A stretch of DNA of 64,000 nucleotides. Origin: Takakia lepidozioides (taxonomy: Eukaryota > Plantae > Bryophyta). Position numbers and translations under genes: made by a program. Location of the stretch: NCBI GenBank assembly GCA_030704615.1, contig CM060733.1, forward strand, positions 16,554,001 through 16,618,000, in the 5' to 3' direction. The notes beneath the pieces were generated by a model, which did no database searches, was not told the origin of the DNA, and was given only the letters and a program-made list of their open reading frames with translations. Of this stretch, positions 62,405-64,000 are shown piece after piece (position 1 is the stretch's first letter; each line of letters opens with the position of its first letter).

Positions 62405-64000
62405 ATGACAAGAGGTTCCAATAGAGAACCAAGAGAGGGAGTCCGCAAGACCTTTTCCGTCACTACTGGACATGTCAGGCCACTATGTGAGGCAGGGCAA
62501 TTGAAAGAGGCTCTACAGATTTTGAACCAAGGAGGCATTTCAGCAGATTCAGATACTTATGTCTGTCTCTTGCAAAATTGCATCAAGATGAATCGTCTGG
62601 AAATGGGAAAGCAGGTGCATGCGCACATTATCCAAAGTAGATTCAAGCCAAACGTTTTTCTACACAACACCCTTGTCAACATGTATGTTAAATGTGGTAG
62701 CATTGTGGATGCACACCAAGTGTTCAAGAAGATGCCTGAACGAGGTTTGATCACTTGGAATATAATGTTGGCAGGATTTACCAAGCATGGGCGTGGTAAG
62801 AATGCCTTGGAGACATATGAGCAAATGATGCGGGAAGGGGCGAAGCCCAACCACGTCACGTTTGTTTGCGTTTGCAATGCGTGTGCAAGCCTGGCTGCCC
62901 TGGACAAGTGCAAAGAGGTTCATGGTGATATCGTCAAAGCTGGAATTGTACCAGACATCATTCTGCACACCGCCCTGATGAACATGTATGCCAAATGTGG
63001 GAGCATCGAGGATGCAAAGAGAGTATTCGACAATATTGCCCAACGAGATGTGGTGTCCTGGAATGCGATGATGGCAGGATATGCCCAGCATGGGTGCGGG
63101 ATGGAAGCTTTGGAGACCTATGAGCAGATGATGCGGGAGAGGGTGAAGCCCAACCAGGTCACATTTGTTTGTGTTTGCAGTGCATGTGCAAGCCTGGCAG
63201 CCTTGGAGAAGGGCAAAGAGGTCCATGGTGACATCCTGACAGCTGGAATTGTACCTGATGTCATTCTGAGCAATACCCTGGTTGATATGTATGCCAAATG
63301 CGGGAGCCTCAAGGATGCAGAGGAAGTGTTTGACAATATGGGCCAACGAGATGTGGTGTCGTGGAACGCAATGATTGCAGGATATGCCCAGCAGGGGTGT
63401 GGGATGGAGGCTTTGGAGACCTATGAGCAGATGATGTGGGAAGGGGTGAAGCCAAACCGGGTCACATTCGTAAGCATTTGCAATGCGTGTGCAAACCTGG
63501 CAGCCCTGGAGAAGGGCAAAAAGTTCCATGGTGACATCAAGACAGCTGGAATTGTACCTGATGTCATTCTGAACAATACACTGGTGGATATGTATGCCAA
63601 ATGCGGGAGCCTCAAGGATGCAAAGAGAGTGTTCGACAGTATGGCCCAACGGAATGTGGTGTCATGGACCGCGATGATGGCAGGCTATGCCCAGCATGGT
63701 TATGATATGGAGGCCCTGCAACTATGTCAAGAAATGCAAGTAGAAGGCGTGAAGCTGAACAATATCACCTTTGTATGTGTTCTCTCTGCATGCAGCCATG
63801 CTGGCCTAGTGGATGAAGGCAGATACTACTTCAACTCCCTGATTCGAGATCATGGCATCACTCCAGCACTGGAGCACTTTGGCTGCATGGTGGACCTTCT
63901 TGGCCGTTCGGGGCGATTGGATGAGGCAGAGGACTTCATTAACAAAATGCCAATCAAACCAAATGCTGTGGTTTGGATGGCCTTGCTTGGTGCCTGCAGA
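62405..64000 (+). CDS. PLS-class pentatricopeptide repeat protein with E domain start (organellar RNA-editing factor type); runs off the window
   Basis: Open frame from 62237 to the end, missing from the ORF track because it has no stop. Repeated LVDMYAKCGS..A..VFD.M..RDVVSWNAM.AGYAQ.G; ends ACSHAGLVDEG..CMVDLLGRSGRLDEAEDFINKMPIKPNAVVWMALLGACR. Start codon uncertain. Confidence 0.93.
   Translation, partial: MTRGSNREPREGVRKTFSVTTGHVRPLCEAGQLKEALQILNQGGISADSDTYVCLLQNCIKMNRLEMGKQVHAHIIQSRFKPNVFLHNTLVNMYVKCGSIVDAHQVFKKMPERGLITWNIMLAGFTKHGRGKNALETYEQMMREGAKPNHVTFVCVCNACASLAALDKCKEVHGDIVKAGIVPDIILHTALMNMYAKCGSIEDAKRVFDNIAQRDVVSWNAMMAGYAQHGCGMEALETYEQMMRERVKPNQVTFVCVCSACASLAALEKGKEVHGDILTAGIVPDVILSNTLVDMYAKCGSLKDAEEVFDNMGQRDVVSWNAMIAGYAQQGCGMEALETYEQMMWEGVKPNRVTFVSICNACANLAALEKGKKFHGDIKTAGIVPDVILNNTLVDMYAKCGSLKDAKRVFDSMAQRNVVSWTAMMAGYAQHGYDMEALQLCQEMQVEGVKLNNITFVCVLSACSHAGLVDEGRYYFNSLIRDHGITPALEHFGCMVDLLGRSGRLDEAEDFINKMPIKPNAVVWMALLGACR

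Noticed and set aside
62557-63649. Long minus-strand ORFs (up to 329 aa)
   Set aside because: They are antisense shadows of the repetitive PPR coding sequence.

Overview
This is eukaryotic nuclear DNA from a land plant. Intron-rich genes, a PLS-class PPR gene and a class III peroxidase support that; the transposon types suggest a bryophyte, which is inference. It is not prokaryotic, and I found no rRNA, intact tRNA or CRISPR array. Host genes: peroxisomal DHNA-CoA thioesterase (+), pectate lyase (-), PIMT (-), RabA4 GTPase (+), a bacterial-type quercetinase-like cupin (-), class III peroxidase (+), THO1/HPR1 (+, many exons) and a PLS PPR RNA-editing-factor-type gene running off the right end. 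The centre (about 17.9-43.5 kb) is a transposon nest. The most unusual item is a two-part non-LTR retrotransposon resembling Dualen/RandI. Its 5' part carries ORF1, a 2A-like motif and an AP endonuclease. Its 3' part carries a PCIF1-like methyltransferase-like segment, RNase H and a restriction-like endonuclease. Its hairpin-rich 3' tail is shared, with compensatory base changes, by a tRNA-derived SINE family and by a 64-bp micro-insertion. Also present: an LTR-element remnant with an orphan ORF and a structured gag leader, mosaics of captured host-gene fragments (OEP16, RPL18a, bHLH, UKL, PPR, MAK kinase), TTAA-flanked piggyBac-like elements, RTE/RTEX-like LINE copies and nested MITEs. All protein identifications are from motif recognition, not database searches.
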